From Hormiphora californensis (lineage: Eukaryota; Animalia; Ctenophora): a stretch of 64,000 nucleotides of DNA. The stretch is from positions 7,192,001 through 7,256,000 of the forward strand of contig CM035351.1 in the NCBI GenBank assembly GCA_020137815.1, written 5' to 3'. The position numbers and the translations under genes are program-made. Below are positions 44,763 to 57,230 of the stretch, piece after piece (the stretch's first letter is position 1; the number at the start of each line of letters is the position of its first letter). The notes below the pieces were generated by a model, which saw only the letters and a list, made by a program, of their open reading frames with translations, searched no databases and was not told where the DNA came from.

Positions 44763-45194
44763 CCACTACACGCACCACTCCCACATGGGGCCGTGAGGCC
44801 CCATGCGAGAGCAGGGTTAAATCCCCCGGACCCGGATCCTGTTGGATCTGAGGGCCCGGAGGGCCTGCGGAGTAAAGGTAGGGTAGGAAGAACAATGTAC
44901 ATACGGGTAAATTTAACAATGTACAATGTACATATGGGTTAAGGAAAGGGGATGATATTAAAAAGGGGGAAGTAAAGTGGGATTAAAGCTCATGGTGACG
45001 GAGCACAAGACCTCCTAAACTATCTGCAAAGAAGCCCAATCTGCTACAATGAATTCTAAGAAGAGACAACTTATCAGGAACTGAAGAAGCAAACCGTCTG
45101 AATCTAAGGCAGCCTAAAACAAGCAGGAACGGGTTCGAGCGAAAAAAATAATGAATTATACAAATGGATGATGATTACATGTCGAGCCAGAGAG

Positions 45195-45550
45195 GACAGC
45201 CAGCCCGTTCCAGAGAAGCCAGCTGACCCCGTTCCAGAGAAGACAGCCGACCCCGTTCCAGAGAAGCCAGCTGACCCCGTTCCAGAGAAGCCAGCTGACC
45301 CCGTTCCAGAAAAGCCAGCTGACCCCGTTCCAGAGAAGCCAGCTGACCCCGTTCCAGAGAAGACAGCCACCCCGTTCCAGAGAAGACAGCTGACCCCGTT
45401 CCAGTAAGGACAGCTGACCCCGCTCCAGTAAAGACAGCTGACCCCGTTCCAGAAAAGCCAGCTGACCCCGTTCCAGAGAAGCCAGCTGACCCCGCTCCAG
45501 AGAAGACAGCCACCCCGTTCCAGAGAAGACAGCCGACCCCGTTCCAGTAA
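45195..45550. repeat. 24-bp minisatellite (GCCAGCTGACCCCGTTCCAGAGAA), about 15 copies
   Basis: Direct reading; a few units are shorter. Confidence 0.95.
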
Positions 45551-45639
45551 GGACTCTCTCTCTCTCTCTCTCTCTTTCCTGCGGATACTATGCCCGGAGA
45601 TCTAAATCCGGCTGAATCAGTGGGCCCCCACCCCTCCTC

Positions 45640-46142
45640 ACCTCCCCCCATACTTGTTCTTGTAGTATTCCCCTCTCCCCATCTTACTATCTATCAGTGG
45701 GTATTTGGTGGGAGAGTGATTGATATAGAGGGAGAGAAAGTGAGGAAAGTGTGTAATGGAGACTCAAAGAAATGGAATTGAAAATTGGTCAAAATATCAT
45801 AACATACGTCATACTTGGGTATAAATAACAGTGCTAGATTAATTACATCATACAAATCGACAATAACTGAATATAACAAACTCCAACAGAATGGTTGTTT
45901 GGTGACACAGTCACCCCTCCACTACCAGCCGCGTGAAGCACGACAAACGTTCTGTGTAACAAAATAAGAGGGGATGGCATAACCAATTCGTTGTTTGTTC
46001 ATGTACCAACTAAGAACTCTGGATAGGTGATCTCCGACTCAGTCCTTTCAACCTCAACGTTCCTCTCACTCTCAACAACCGTTGACATTTCAAACAATTC
46101 CGGGCCTTTGAATGTAACACACTGATATACAGGTTTAGGAAC
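45640..46142 (-). pseudogene. Partial third copy of the duplicated segment: 3' end of the orphan gene plus a truncated ATPase exon 1
   Basis: VPKPVYQCVTFKGPE...YPEFLVGT* is repeated. MGRGEYYKNKYG starts at 45682 and is followed by a stop in that frame. Confidence 0.8.
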
Positions 46143-46360
46143 CAAGACGTACAAATACCTTGTAGCAGAAACTCGAATCTTATGGTTCAATGTCTGACGT
46201 CTGTTCACGAAAAAAAGATTACAAAAATATTATTACGAATGGATTTACATATTCATAAAAAGTAAAGATTGATTTGATCTTTTTCCCTAAATTTTAAGAG
46301 CCGTTCCCATAACTTTTTTTAAATTTTACAATCTATTAAGTTTATCAGCTGATAATAAAA

Positions 46361-46944
46361 TCAAGGGTTTAATTTTGACAAGAAAAGATCAAAACACTCT
46401 TTCAACTTGCGTTCAGTAATTCTAATGTCCTGGAGAGACAAGTTCTCAAAACGACTGTCTCTTACAAGTTCTTGCATCCCTTCGGCCAAGGCATTAATTG
46501 TCCCACGTCGATCGACTGGGTGTTGGGCCTCCTCACTTTCATCTTTATTTTCATCATCGGACGGGTGCGGGAAGACATCGTTTTGAAGGTTATCAGGTTG
46601 CACTGTGTTCTTCACCTCTCTGTCTTGCACAGGAACTGGTTTGCTCTCATGTGATTCCACCTGTGTAATAAAATCAGCGATAAAATTCGACTCTCTGAAC
46701 TAAATGTAAATAACCAAATCTTTGTCAGAGGAATCAGGTGCTCGTTTTTATAAGAAGAGGAGGGGGGTTCGTCAAACCCAATTTAATCAATAATCTCCTA
46801 TTCTATTAATCTAGATAGACGAATTAAATAAACAACTAAAAAACTTACTGGTCTCGAATCAGATCGGTCTGTGTTTCCTCCACCACCCCTTCCTCTACCT
46901 CTACCTCCTCTTCCTCCCCCATAGTAGTATTCCCCTCTTCCCAT
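46361..46944 (-). CDS. Putative chimeric gene: duplicated RGG exon (46944-46849) spliced to an unrelated exon (46660-46361)
   Basis: Intact ATG and phase-0 GTAAG donor, with a phase-0 acceptor (TTACACAG|GTG) leading into a 99-codon open exon. Confidence 0.45.
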
Positions 46945-47205
46945 CTTACTATCTATCAGTGGGTATTTGGTGGGAGGTTGATGGAATAAAAAATTGGTCA
47001 AAATATCATAACATACGTCATACTTGGGCATAAATAACAGTGCTAGATTAATAACATCATACAAATCGACAATAACTGAATAACCAACTCCAACAAAATT
47101 GTTGTTTAGTGACTCAGTCACCCCTCCACTACCAGCCGCATGAAGCACGACAAACGTTCTGTGTAACAAAATAAGAGGGGATGGCATCACCAATTCGTTG
47201 TTTGT

Positions 47206-48024
47206 TCATGTACCAACTAAGAACTCTGGATAGGCGATCTCTGACTCAGTCCTTTCAATCTCAACGTTCCTCTCACTCTCAACAACCTTTGACATTTCAA
47301 ACACTTCCGGTCCTTTGAATGTAACACACTGATACACAGGTTTAGGAACTTTTTCCCCGATTGAAGCAGTCACACAATTAAGATAAGACCAGTGATTGTC
47401 AACCCCCCAGTTCAGCTGCTTGTTCCACTTTTCAATCTCCACCTCAGAAATCCCCATGACGGCTCTCTCCTTGACCTGCTCCGCTGCCCAATCACGAGCC
47501 GCAATAACGTCATGAAATACATCACTACCATCCTCACTATCCTCCTCACCATCACCTCCCTCCTCTGTCTCCATCCCTACTGAGATGTGGTTAGTTTGGG
47601 GCCGCTGGTGGATGTTTAGTAGGAACGTGTTGGGGGATGTGGTACTGAACATCACAGAGATATCGTACATAACTCCATTGAATTCCATGGGGAAGGAGTC
47701 CCCAAAATCAGGCTGAGAGATGACAGTTTCAAAAAAGCGACCACACGCTGCAGATGGAAGGGTTTCATGATCACAGTTGGGGGGAACTTGAACGACGCAG
47801 TTGAAGGTTCCACATTCTTTCTCTACTGTCAGCCGAATAACGTCTTGCATGATTGATCTAGTGAGATAAACAACATGTTAGGTTAGATATTGGTGGTATC
47901 GAAGATACCTCACACTCGCGACCTTCGTGGTGTGTGCTTCGTGCACCGGCAAGGGAGAGGTAACTTCGTTACCAATAAATATTGGTGGTATGTGAATGAA
48001 GCCCTCAGGGTACCTTGCACATCC
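47206..48024 (-). CDS. Orphan protein, copy B (paralog of 43790-44638)
   Basis: A 214-aa ORF nearly identical to copy A, with the same upstream exon and intron. Confidence 0.65.
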
Positions 48025-48578
48025 TAGCAAGCTAGGTGGTGACACACACAGTCTATCTATCTATCTCTCTCTCCCTTCTCTCACTTTCTCTTCCTAATGG
48101 ACAGTACACTCGTTCCAATTGCATCATATTATGTTCCACAGCCCACTCTTTGAGGTTTGCTCTCTCTCCCTTTCTCTCTCTCTCTCTCTCTCCCCATCTG
48201 CTTGGTTAGCTACGGAATTTCAACCAGTTAAGTTTCCAAGTTGTGTAATGTGTGGTATTCATAGTTTTGGTGCACGACTGTACATTGGCCGGATACCGTG
48301 ATCTGTCTCTCGGCGTGTGTCTATCTAACTCTATCCATTTCCTGTCTTTCCTTCTGTATATATATCTCCCCTTTTCATTCTCCCGCCCTCTTTCATCCTG
48401 ATCAGCTGTGTAAATGTATAATTCTACAAAGTCTCTACACTTCCGGGTAGTAGTGCTGCAGTCTACAGTTTTCTTGTCCTGGTATTGTTTTGTGTGCCTT
48501 GTCTGTACCTCTTTGATCGCTTGCTGAAGTATTTGCCTTGATATAATCGACTGAATTTTGTATTTTGAGGGGACAATC

Positions 48579-49538
48579 ATGGTGAAGGACATTCAGGGTG
48601 TTTATAGAGGGCCGTGTGAGAGGTGTGATTGTAGAGAATACACTCAACCAGCTACCGTCAACCAGGTAACCAAGTGTTATCCAGTGTTATACTTTTTATG
48701 TTCTAAATTAGAACTTCTAATCCTTCTTTACATTATTTGCACTTGAGGGGCTAAATGAGATAGGGTCGAGTGTTATACCTACTACTCCAATATGAATTGA
48801 ATATCAAAATTGGCACTTTTCTTCAGAAATGCGGGTATTGTGGACACTTTCCAACGGTCCATTGGGCAGTTGACCCACCAGCTCCACCACCAGAACCAAC
48901 AAGAAAAGAGAAAATATTTGCTATTCTAAACCTTAGTAAGTAGGTAGCAACTGCTCTATACTCTATATCATTACCAAATGAAGCACATCTGAAACCCACG
49001 ACCAGTGACTCATACTAAATCTATTACAGGTGTCAAAACATTGATTGTGCTGCTTTACCGTTTGATAATCGGTGTAATTTGGCCGTTAATGAGAAACATT
49101 ATACGATGGATTTTAGTCATAACTCCATCCCTTGCCTTTATATCATATATTTGGTAAGTCATTTCTCAGAACGACTCATAACTTTATGACTGATCTGCCT
49201 CTAGTCCTCTAACTGCTTTTATTTTTCAGTGCTGACCACGGGTATTCAACCTCGAGCATATCCCTATTGTTAGCTATTCTTCTCATACTTCTTGAGGTGT
49301 TAGTAGAGCACACTAATGTTCAAGAATGGGCAACCAGGGCTCTACTTCTCTCCAGTGTATTCATCTCCACACTGTTCTGGGTGAGTAACTCCTTGATTCA
49401 AGGACCTTGAATCAAACTGATCTTTCAGTTCCAAAGTTGTTGAGGCATCTTTAATGTAGTTTATTTTATCAGGTTGTTACTATTCTACAATGGGAAAGCT
49501 GGCAGAGCACCTTGCAGACATTTTTAAAATTCGTATGA
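48579..49538 (+). CDS. Small multi-pass membrane protein with an N-terminal Cys/His zinc-finger-like motif, 5 exons (48579-48665, 48827-48935, 49030-49153, 49230-49380, 49473-49538)
   Basis: Spliced ORF MVKDIQGVYRGPCERCDCREY...KCGYCGHFPTVH...PPAPPPEP followed by 3-4 hydrophobic helices. Four GT-AG introns are all in phase. Confidence 0.75.
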
Positions 49539-50312
49539 CGCTTTCTTTTGGATTTTCAGTGCAAAACAACTAAACCGGAGTTAGAGAGTAAAGTTTATAA
49601 AGATGGCAGTCTATTATCATAGTGAATTGACTTCCATATTTATTGATTTATATTTTAACACCTGTCGTTTTCTGTTAAAGATCTGCATTTTTGTGTTTTG
49701 CGATGGATCTAGCCAAATGCTAAGAGCCGAGACAGCTTATAAAGGACAAGTGTGTACTCTGTAAGACTCTGAGTGGAATATAGTACACGGTACACCCTAG
49801 TACATCCCTAGCCCCATACAAAGCCAAATAAAATCAATCAACGGGCGATTTTTTAACGTTTTCCAAAAAGCTCTCGACAAGAGCGATGATTTTACATTGC
49901 GCGGCGCGACCAAGTTTTACTTCTAAAATTCGCGCGTTACATTTAATTTTACTTAAGTTATATTTCGGCGACTTTTTTACTGATAAGTCGCAACTTTAAA
50001 CAAAGAAAATTTCAAAAAATCCGACTGTAAAAACGGCATCGAGCTGGGGCCTGGGCCTCCGGGCTTCGAAGCCATAATTAGGGGCGTGAAGCCCCCACAA
50101 TCCACATACAGGGCCCAGGTAAGGGGCACAGCCTCGGCGGGGTGTAGGGTCCGGTCCAGGGGCCAGGGCCCTGTCGATGAAGGCCCCGGGCTGAGGGGGC
50201 AAAGCCCACGGAAAATTTTGACGTTGAAAAGCGCTGTCTTATCCCGGATTGCTCTTCAGAAGGGTCTGTAGCATGAAGATTACGATCAAACTTAACCAAC
50301 TTTTTTAACAGT

Positions 50313-53300
50313 ATGGACATAAAATCGAGACGTCTTAAAAAGTTAAGCAGTGAGAAAAACAGAGCCCTCGACTCCTACGTTTCTCTGTCCAAGGATTATG
50401 ATGAACTTGAGATTGCTGCAGCCCATATTGAAGATGCAAAATACGGTAAATTATATCCTACAGCCTTTTAATTAGTTGTCGTTTCTTAATTTGTTAACTC
50501 TCAGCTTCTGATCTAATTTGTTTTCAGGGAGAGGTCAGCACGGAAAAGCATTTGCGATGGAAAATGGGGTTTTCACTAGGCTATCCTTCAATATAACATC
50601 TCACAGCGTTTGGATTTACTTTCTTCACATCGTGAATCTGGTTCACTGTTGGCTCCTTTTCGCAGACATCAACAAGAACTTCCTTGCCATAGAGGGTTGC
50701 TGTGTGTTTGTGTACTTTCTTGATGTCGGACTTCGAATTATCATTTACACGCCGGCACAGTTCTTCACTCTCTCAAAAACAGGTCTGAAGATAAAGCTCC
50801 AGCTGATTTTTACATGCCTCTTTCTGGTTGACTTTGTGTATACCGTGTGTCACTTGGTCCTCACTAGTGCAGATACAACCCAGAGTTTAGTGATCCCATT
50901 TCAGTTTTTGAGGCCGGCCATTTTTGTGATCAGACTAAAGACGGTATACCATATTTTCATTGTTGTGGTGCGAACAATCGGACGGATATTCACCACTCTA
51001 TTGGGGATCATGTGTTTCATCCTATTCTTCTGTTGCATTGCGGTGCATCTGTACGGCGAGGTCTATGAGAACCTTCCTCCCGGACACGATGCTCTACAAT
51101 ACAAGGGTCAGTTCAACAATGTCCTCAAGTGTTTCATCAGGATGTTTGTGTTGATCACCACGGAAAACTATCCAGAGGTCATGGTACCGGTCTACAGAGA
51201 GCACAAAGCCAACATTTTCTTCTTCTTTATATTCCTCTATATCGGGGTGTTTATTCTGATGAGCATTCTGCTGGCTATCGTAGTGGATAACTATTGGAAG
51301 GTTGCCAAGCTAAATGTCAAGAAGGAGAGGTTGAAAGGGAGAGTTGAGTTGGCTGAGGCGTGGAAGATACTTGGCGATGGTGCAGGTAATCAGATGATTT
51401 TTAAATTCTACACCTGACAGTGGTCATCCGACATAATTGCCATATCTCGACGTGAACTTCGACGTGGAATTCGACGAGGAATAGCAGGCGTTTGTAGTTA
51501 TGAACGCCTGCTGCCCATGCCGCACGTGCCAATGTGCCGCGCACAGCAGGCGTTCATAACTACAAACGCCTGCTATTCCTCGTCGAATTCCACGTCGAAG
51601 TTCACGTCGAGATATGGCAATTATGTCGGATGACCACTGTAACATAACACTCATTACCCATTCTCGTTATGTTCTATCCCTCCTTTACATTTTTGTGCCA
51701 CTGCCTGGCGAAACAGGATCAAGCAGGGCAAACTCATTCTATTCCAACATCTATTATAATCCTATATTTATTAGAGACGATATTTGTGGACGATGAAAGG
51801 TTATTGGAGGTGTTTCGAATGCTGAAACCAGAGAATGATGATGGGGAGATAGTAATACTGTTACAACATATAGCCCAAGATGGGTGAGTTGAGCTAGGCT
51901 GAATCTTCAATAATAAATACATCATCGATAATGGATATATATATATATATATATATATATGTATCCGTAATATAATGGTATGGATTTTGTTTCCGATAGT
52001 GTTTCGTGACATGAAACAAATCGCCATTGTGTGACTTGATCTAAACCCTTTCCCCTCCCTATAGATCGACGATTGACTACAAGCACTGGTTGACCAAGAC
52101 AAATGATATCCTGGACTTTGAGATTGAGCGAAATAAGGATGAAGACGATACAAATCTCATGTCGTCTCTAGTACGGAAGAGTGCGGGAAAAGGGACGATA
52201 TACCTGACTCTATTCATCCAATCTCCAGTCCTCCAACGACTTATAATCATCCTCCTAATATTCCACACTTTCCTGTTTGTGTTGGTTGATGTGACACATC
52301 CCACCTTGGGAGAGGTTGTTCAATATATCCGTGTGGGGTTGTCCTGTATCTTTACGGTTGAAACAGCCCTTAGGTTTAGCATTTTGGCCTACTTGAACTG
52401 GGATGGAGACAGTCCCTAAACCGTTCAAGTGTAAACTGCATCGTTGGGTTGCCATGGTATTCAGCTCGTAATATTGTGGATGGTGTGATGGTTGTCCTCG
52501 CCCTGTGCTTCAACATTTTATCCCTCCTCATTTATTTGGAAGTCATCAGTTCCTGATCCCGATGACATAACACCGTATCTTGGGAAAGGTCTAGTGTATC
52601 GTTATCTCGACTATTTTCCTAATGGTCCGATTACTCCTTAACCTATCTACCTTCAAACGGCTATACTCCCTGGTCAAGATTTTCGTGCCCGTTTTACTAG
52701 ATCTCACCTGGCTTTACTTCATCTGTGTGTTCTCATTCGCATCTCTTGGTGAGACAATATTCGTTGCCCTAGCAACCGATGAAGATAAAACTCCCTCTTC
52801 CTCCTCTTCCTGGGTTCCTTCTGTTGACTGATGATGATGAAAATGATGCGAGTTGTGGATTTGACAATATTCAATGCTCTATAATATCAATTTTCCAGGT
52901 CTCCACAACATCAAACTGGCATGAGATATTCCAAGCTACATTCGAAAAAACCAACGGCTCATGGATCACGGTCCTGTACTTCATTTTCATGTACATTATC
53001 ATGAACTTTGTCATAATGAATCTCTTCGTTGCTATCTGTTACGAGGCCTACAACAAGTTTGTTACTAAACCGAAACAGGCCAAGAAGAAGGCAAACTCAG
53101 GTAAAATACTGGTCAGTAAAAAGGAAAAGATGAAGAGGACCATGCGGAAAGTTCGAACACAACTCTCCACCTATACCGCTGGAAACCGGAAGAAGTTGTC
53201 TGCTGCTCCCAGCCCTGCTCGGAGGAGGACTTCAGTTACAATAAAGAGAAAGAGCCTGCGGGGAATTCACGAGAAGATCTCGGATTCATCGCTTGGTGAC

Positions 53301-54365
53301 CATGTCGTGATTTTGATGGACGGAGAGAATGGTATAGGGACGAGGACTCGGGTGAACGTGGTCCCTAAAGAAACTCCAGACCTGTCACAGTTGACCCCGG
53401 AAAAGCGGAGAGAGGCAATACAGAAGCAGCGAAAGCAAAAGAGAGCAGAAACGAGAGGGAAGCGTGGATCCAGGGGCACAGGTGAAACCCCGACCATGGG
53501 CTTTGCAGATGTTGTTAGACAATACAAAGCTAAATCTGATGAAGAAATATCACTGGCTCCGGGCCAAAAAGTCAAGATTATAGATCGAGCAGGGACACAA
53601 TGTAAGGGTTTGTTATTGGATGGTCCCAATGCAGGGAAACGAGGGTGGTTCCCGGCATTTGTTGTCGGTGCATTGGTAACTGATATGAACAAGGCAGCAG
53701 CAGAAAGGAAGCCCCTCCCTAAAACAGATTCCCAGCCAAGGTTTGTAAAACGGCAAAATGCCGACTGGACGAAAGACATCATTGGACCAATGACTATCAT
53801 CAATCCGGAAGAGCTGAAGGAGTTAAATAAGATCCTGAAGGCAAATGCCCGGGGTAGTAGGAATAGCACGGACAGCTCCAAAGGGGTGTCAATGGAGAGC
53901 CCGCGAATATTACCAGCCCCCGCTATTTTAGAAGAAGAAGAGGAAGAGGAGGAGGATGAGGTCTTCAAAAACGAAACTCCAGAAACACCACAGATGGAGC
54001 TCCCGAAGGTCATCATTGAGCAGCCGTCTATCATTTTAGAGGAGGAAGAGGAGGAGGAATTAGACAAGAGAAAGTTACAGAGTCCCAAAATTAAAACTCC
54101 AGAAATGAAAGCAAAGGAGAAGTGGAGGAAGAAGGCGGAAAACAAAAAATCAGGCGATATACCTGACTGGGCTAAGAGGTTTATGGTCCAGGCAAATGCA
54201 AAGGTGACAGCTTCTTCAGCAGTGACTTCACTCAGTACAGAAGCTGCAGGACCAGCAGTAGACCCTGTTGCAAGTAGTGACCCATTGGGGAAGGTGTTAG
54301 TTAACCCTTTAGTTCAGTCACCCGATACTTTACCGGGGGTAGTCGCTGCCGTTGAAGATGCTTAG
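50313..54365 (+). CDS. Two-pore-channel-related cation channel (2 x 6TM) with a C-terminal SH3 domain; exons 50313-50445, 50528-51385, 51775-51883, 52065-52373 and ~52430-54365 (apparent frameshifts at ~52550-52830)
   Basis: TPC-like N-terminus AAAHIEDAKYGR, S4-I FLRP, pore I FVLITTENYPEVM, S6-I ILLAIVVDNY, pore II FQVSTTSNWHEI, S6-II MNLFVAICYEAY. SH3 at ~53502-53670. Confidence 0.88.
51417..51640. mobile_element. Foldback MITE with 97-bp inverted arms in a channel intron
   Basis: 51417-51513 is the reverse complement of 51544-51640, with a 30-nt loop and CAGTG termini. Confidence 0.93.
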
Positions 54366-54626
54366 TGATGTAGAGGGAATGTTTTAGCGACTAGTGAGTG
54401 ATTTGTATTGTATGGGAATGTTGCTGTCAGCTGTACTATCCCCCTGTCCCCCAATCAAAGTTCTAAATATGAAGTCATAATATCTTTCGTGTCTTCGAAC
54501 ATGAAGCTTTCGAGAGTTTCGACATTTGAATTGTATTGCATTTTAAGTTTTAACTTTTTATATTTCCGAAACTCATTGTCAACTTCTTAGTTCATATTAA
54601 AGTGACATCACCCATCCATTGATTGT

Positions 54627-55194
54627 GGGTGCCGTTATGATCTGGGTGTTTCGTGGCCTGTTTACAGGTGTGCGCTGCCAAAAAGTTCTTCTTCTGGGAG
54701 GACGCTGGCTAGTGCGAAGCACTAGCCAGTAAGGGGTGGGTGCCATGGGGCTCCCGTTCCCCGTCCTGGGTGGAGTGGCTGGTATGTTGCCAACTGCTTC
54801 GGCCCAAGGAGACTTGGGGAGTTGGTGCCATACCAGGTCACAGGGGAAACCTCCCTTTAGGGGGTGGTTTAAATTCAGGGGGGTGAAGTATCTCCATCGC
54901 CTTCTTATCGAACGAGATCGTTTTTCTAAGGGGTTGATGGTGTCAAAAAAGTTGATTCACTAAAATGGCTCTAACCGCCAAACGGTATTTGGTGGCCTGT
55001 TTACAGGTGCGTGCTGCCAAAAAAGTTGCTTCTAACCGCCAAACCACTCAACCGTTTTGGCTAATTCAAAGTTTATCTGGTAGGAAATGTCAAGGCCTAA
55101 CCCCAACACAAACCCCAGCCCTAACCATACTTTTGCCCTAACCCTAAAAACCGTTTGGCAGCACTCACGAAACACCCAGATTTTAACGCTGGCC
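54627..55194. mobile_element. Mutator-like (MULE) MITE with a 9-bp target-site duplication
   Basis: Imperfect ~29-bp TIRs (GG...CGTTA..ATCTGGGTGTTTCGTG). ATTGATTGT occurs at both 54618-54626 and 55195-55203. Internal CCTAACC repeats. Confidence 0.82.
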
Positions 55195-56011
55195 ATTGAT
55201 TGTTATGTTCTAACCCTCCTTTACATTCGAGGGCGGGGCACGCGAAACACAGTCTAGCTAGGCAATCCATTGAATAACAACGGTCACAGTTTAGTAAACT
55301 GTCACTAGTTAAGTCACTGTTTAGTCACTGTTTACTAAACACTAAACAGTAACTGTTTAGTAAACATTCACTGTTTAGTAAACAGTGTTTACAGCTCTCC
55401 AGTCTCCACCTTTGTTGGATTAACATCTAAGAGCACGTTATGGTCCTGTTATAGTGTCCAGGAGTGTCTGATGACATTATGTGTAGAATAGGAGCTGTAG
55501 AGCTACCTGTAGTAGAGGACATTTGTTGCCATAGCAACCGGTATATACCAAACCGCAACTCTCTATTTTCCTCATTTCTATCTTCATCTTGATCTTGGTA
55601 GTCATGATGAGAATTAATCTTGAATTAATCCCGACACATACAGTCAGCAAGGTCCTGTTTTGAATCACTGTCATGTGACATGTATAATCATAACAGGGTC
55701 CATGGCCAGGCCACCCCTGAAACGTGGCTAATGACGTAATTCGATACCAATTATTGGTGAAAAGAGCTGAAGTGATCGGAAAATAGTGGTATGGAGGGCT
55801 TGCTGTAACGCGCGCACCCATTTAGAAGTACAACCACACCATTTCAGCAGCGTGGTAAGCCGCGCGCATATCACGGATCCAATTTGGGTACTTTTTGAGT
55901 AAAATTTAAGGATTCATGCCTGTTTCATGTGTGTCCCCGCTCCCCACCCAAGAATGCAAATGATCAGACGGCATGTCTGAACCATGGTACATGTGATGTT
56001 TTTATCAAATG

Positions 56012-57230
56012 ACCAAAACAGGTAAAGTGTTTAAAACATGCTCTGCGTTTTTCGTGCTGACGCTGAATACTTTCAATACAGTACCGATTTCGCGCGCAAC
56101 GAGCTAGATTTAATTATAGCCTTTCCTCTCAAAGCATCGAGCTATGAGCATGAAATTTCGAACCGGAAGCTAGGTACATTGCTACAATAAACACCAAAAG
56201 CAAAATGACATATTTTACAAATCAGTATGTGAAACTAGTGCTACCTTTACGTTATACCTAGGGTGCTGTCTCAAACCATTTCAATATTGATACCATCTCA
56301 ACCAATCTAATCAGCTGAAGTCTCGAAAAGGTGATTCAGAAAAGCTCCGTGCTCCTAGGGGGTTTCAGACCACAGTCAGACCCTAATGGGGATCTGGCGG
56401 TGGGATTGTACGTCGTGAAACTTGAAAGATAGTACTATCTGTCAGGCCAATGCCAGTGATAATCTCGTAAGTTTCACAGGCATTGTCAAATCAGACTCTC
56501 AGAGATGTAAGGTGTTATAGAGATTAAGGTAGGGTAAAATTTTAGGTAACCTAAGATTACTGTTATGAGAGACATTTTATACTTGAGAAGGTCGGAATTG
56601 CACTTAGGTAGCGGATGTCGGCCTATTTCAATTGGATCGAACAACCAAAACAGGTAAGTTTTTAAAACATGCTCTGCGTTTTTCGTGCTGACGCTGAATA
56701 CTTTCAATACAGTACCGATTTCGCGCGCAACGAGCTAGATTTAATTATAGCCTTTCCTCTCAAAGTATCGAGCTATGAGCATAAAATTTCGAACCGGAAG
56801 CTAGGTACATTGCTACAATAAACACCAAAAGCAAAATGACATATCTTACAAAATAGTATGTGAAACTAGAGTGATACAAGGCTACCTTTACGTTATACCT
56901 AGGGTGCTGTCTCAAACCATTTCAATATTGATACCATCTCAATCAATCTAATCAGCTGAAGATGGGGATCTGGGATTGTACTTCGTGAAACTTGAAAGAT
57001 AGTAGTTAGTACTATCTGTCAGGCCAATGCCAGTGATAATCTCGTAAGCGATTTTCACAGAGCGTTTGTCAGAACTCTCAGAAAGATGTAGAGGTGTTAT
57101 AGAGGAGTAAGTATAGGGGAAGAGTTTTAATGGAACCTGGAAGATTACTGTTATGAGACAGACATTATTATATGCGTGGGGAAGGACAGGGTGAGAGGGC
57201 GGATTTTAAGTGATTGATCGAACATCTGTT
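56012..57230. repeat. Tandem duplication of a ~630-bp unit; the second copy carries a deletion and decays distally
   Basis: ACCAAAACAGGTAA...TTTAAAACATGCTCTGCG begins at ~56012 and ~56644. Confidence 0.88.

Noticed and set aside
45104-45651. PVPEKPAD and GTGSAGFS repeat ORFs
   Set aside because: Explained by the 24-bp minisatellite; the frames break where unit length changes and no clear exon boundaries were found.
53267-54145. 292-aa minus-strand ORF
   Set aside because: Antisense shadow of the channel C-terminal exon.
55095-55147. Telomere-like CCTAACC repeats
   Set aside because: Few, degenerate and internal to the MULE-like MITE; not an interstitial telomere.
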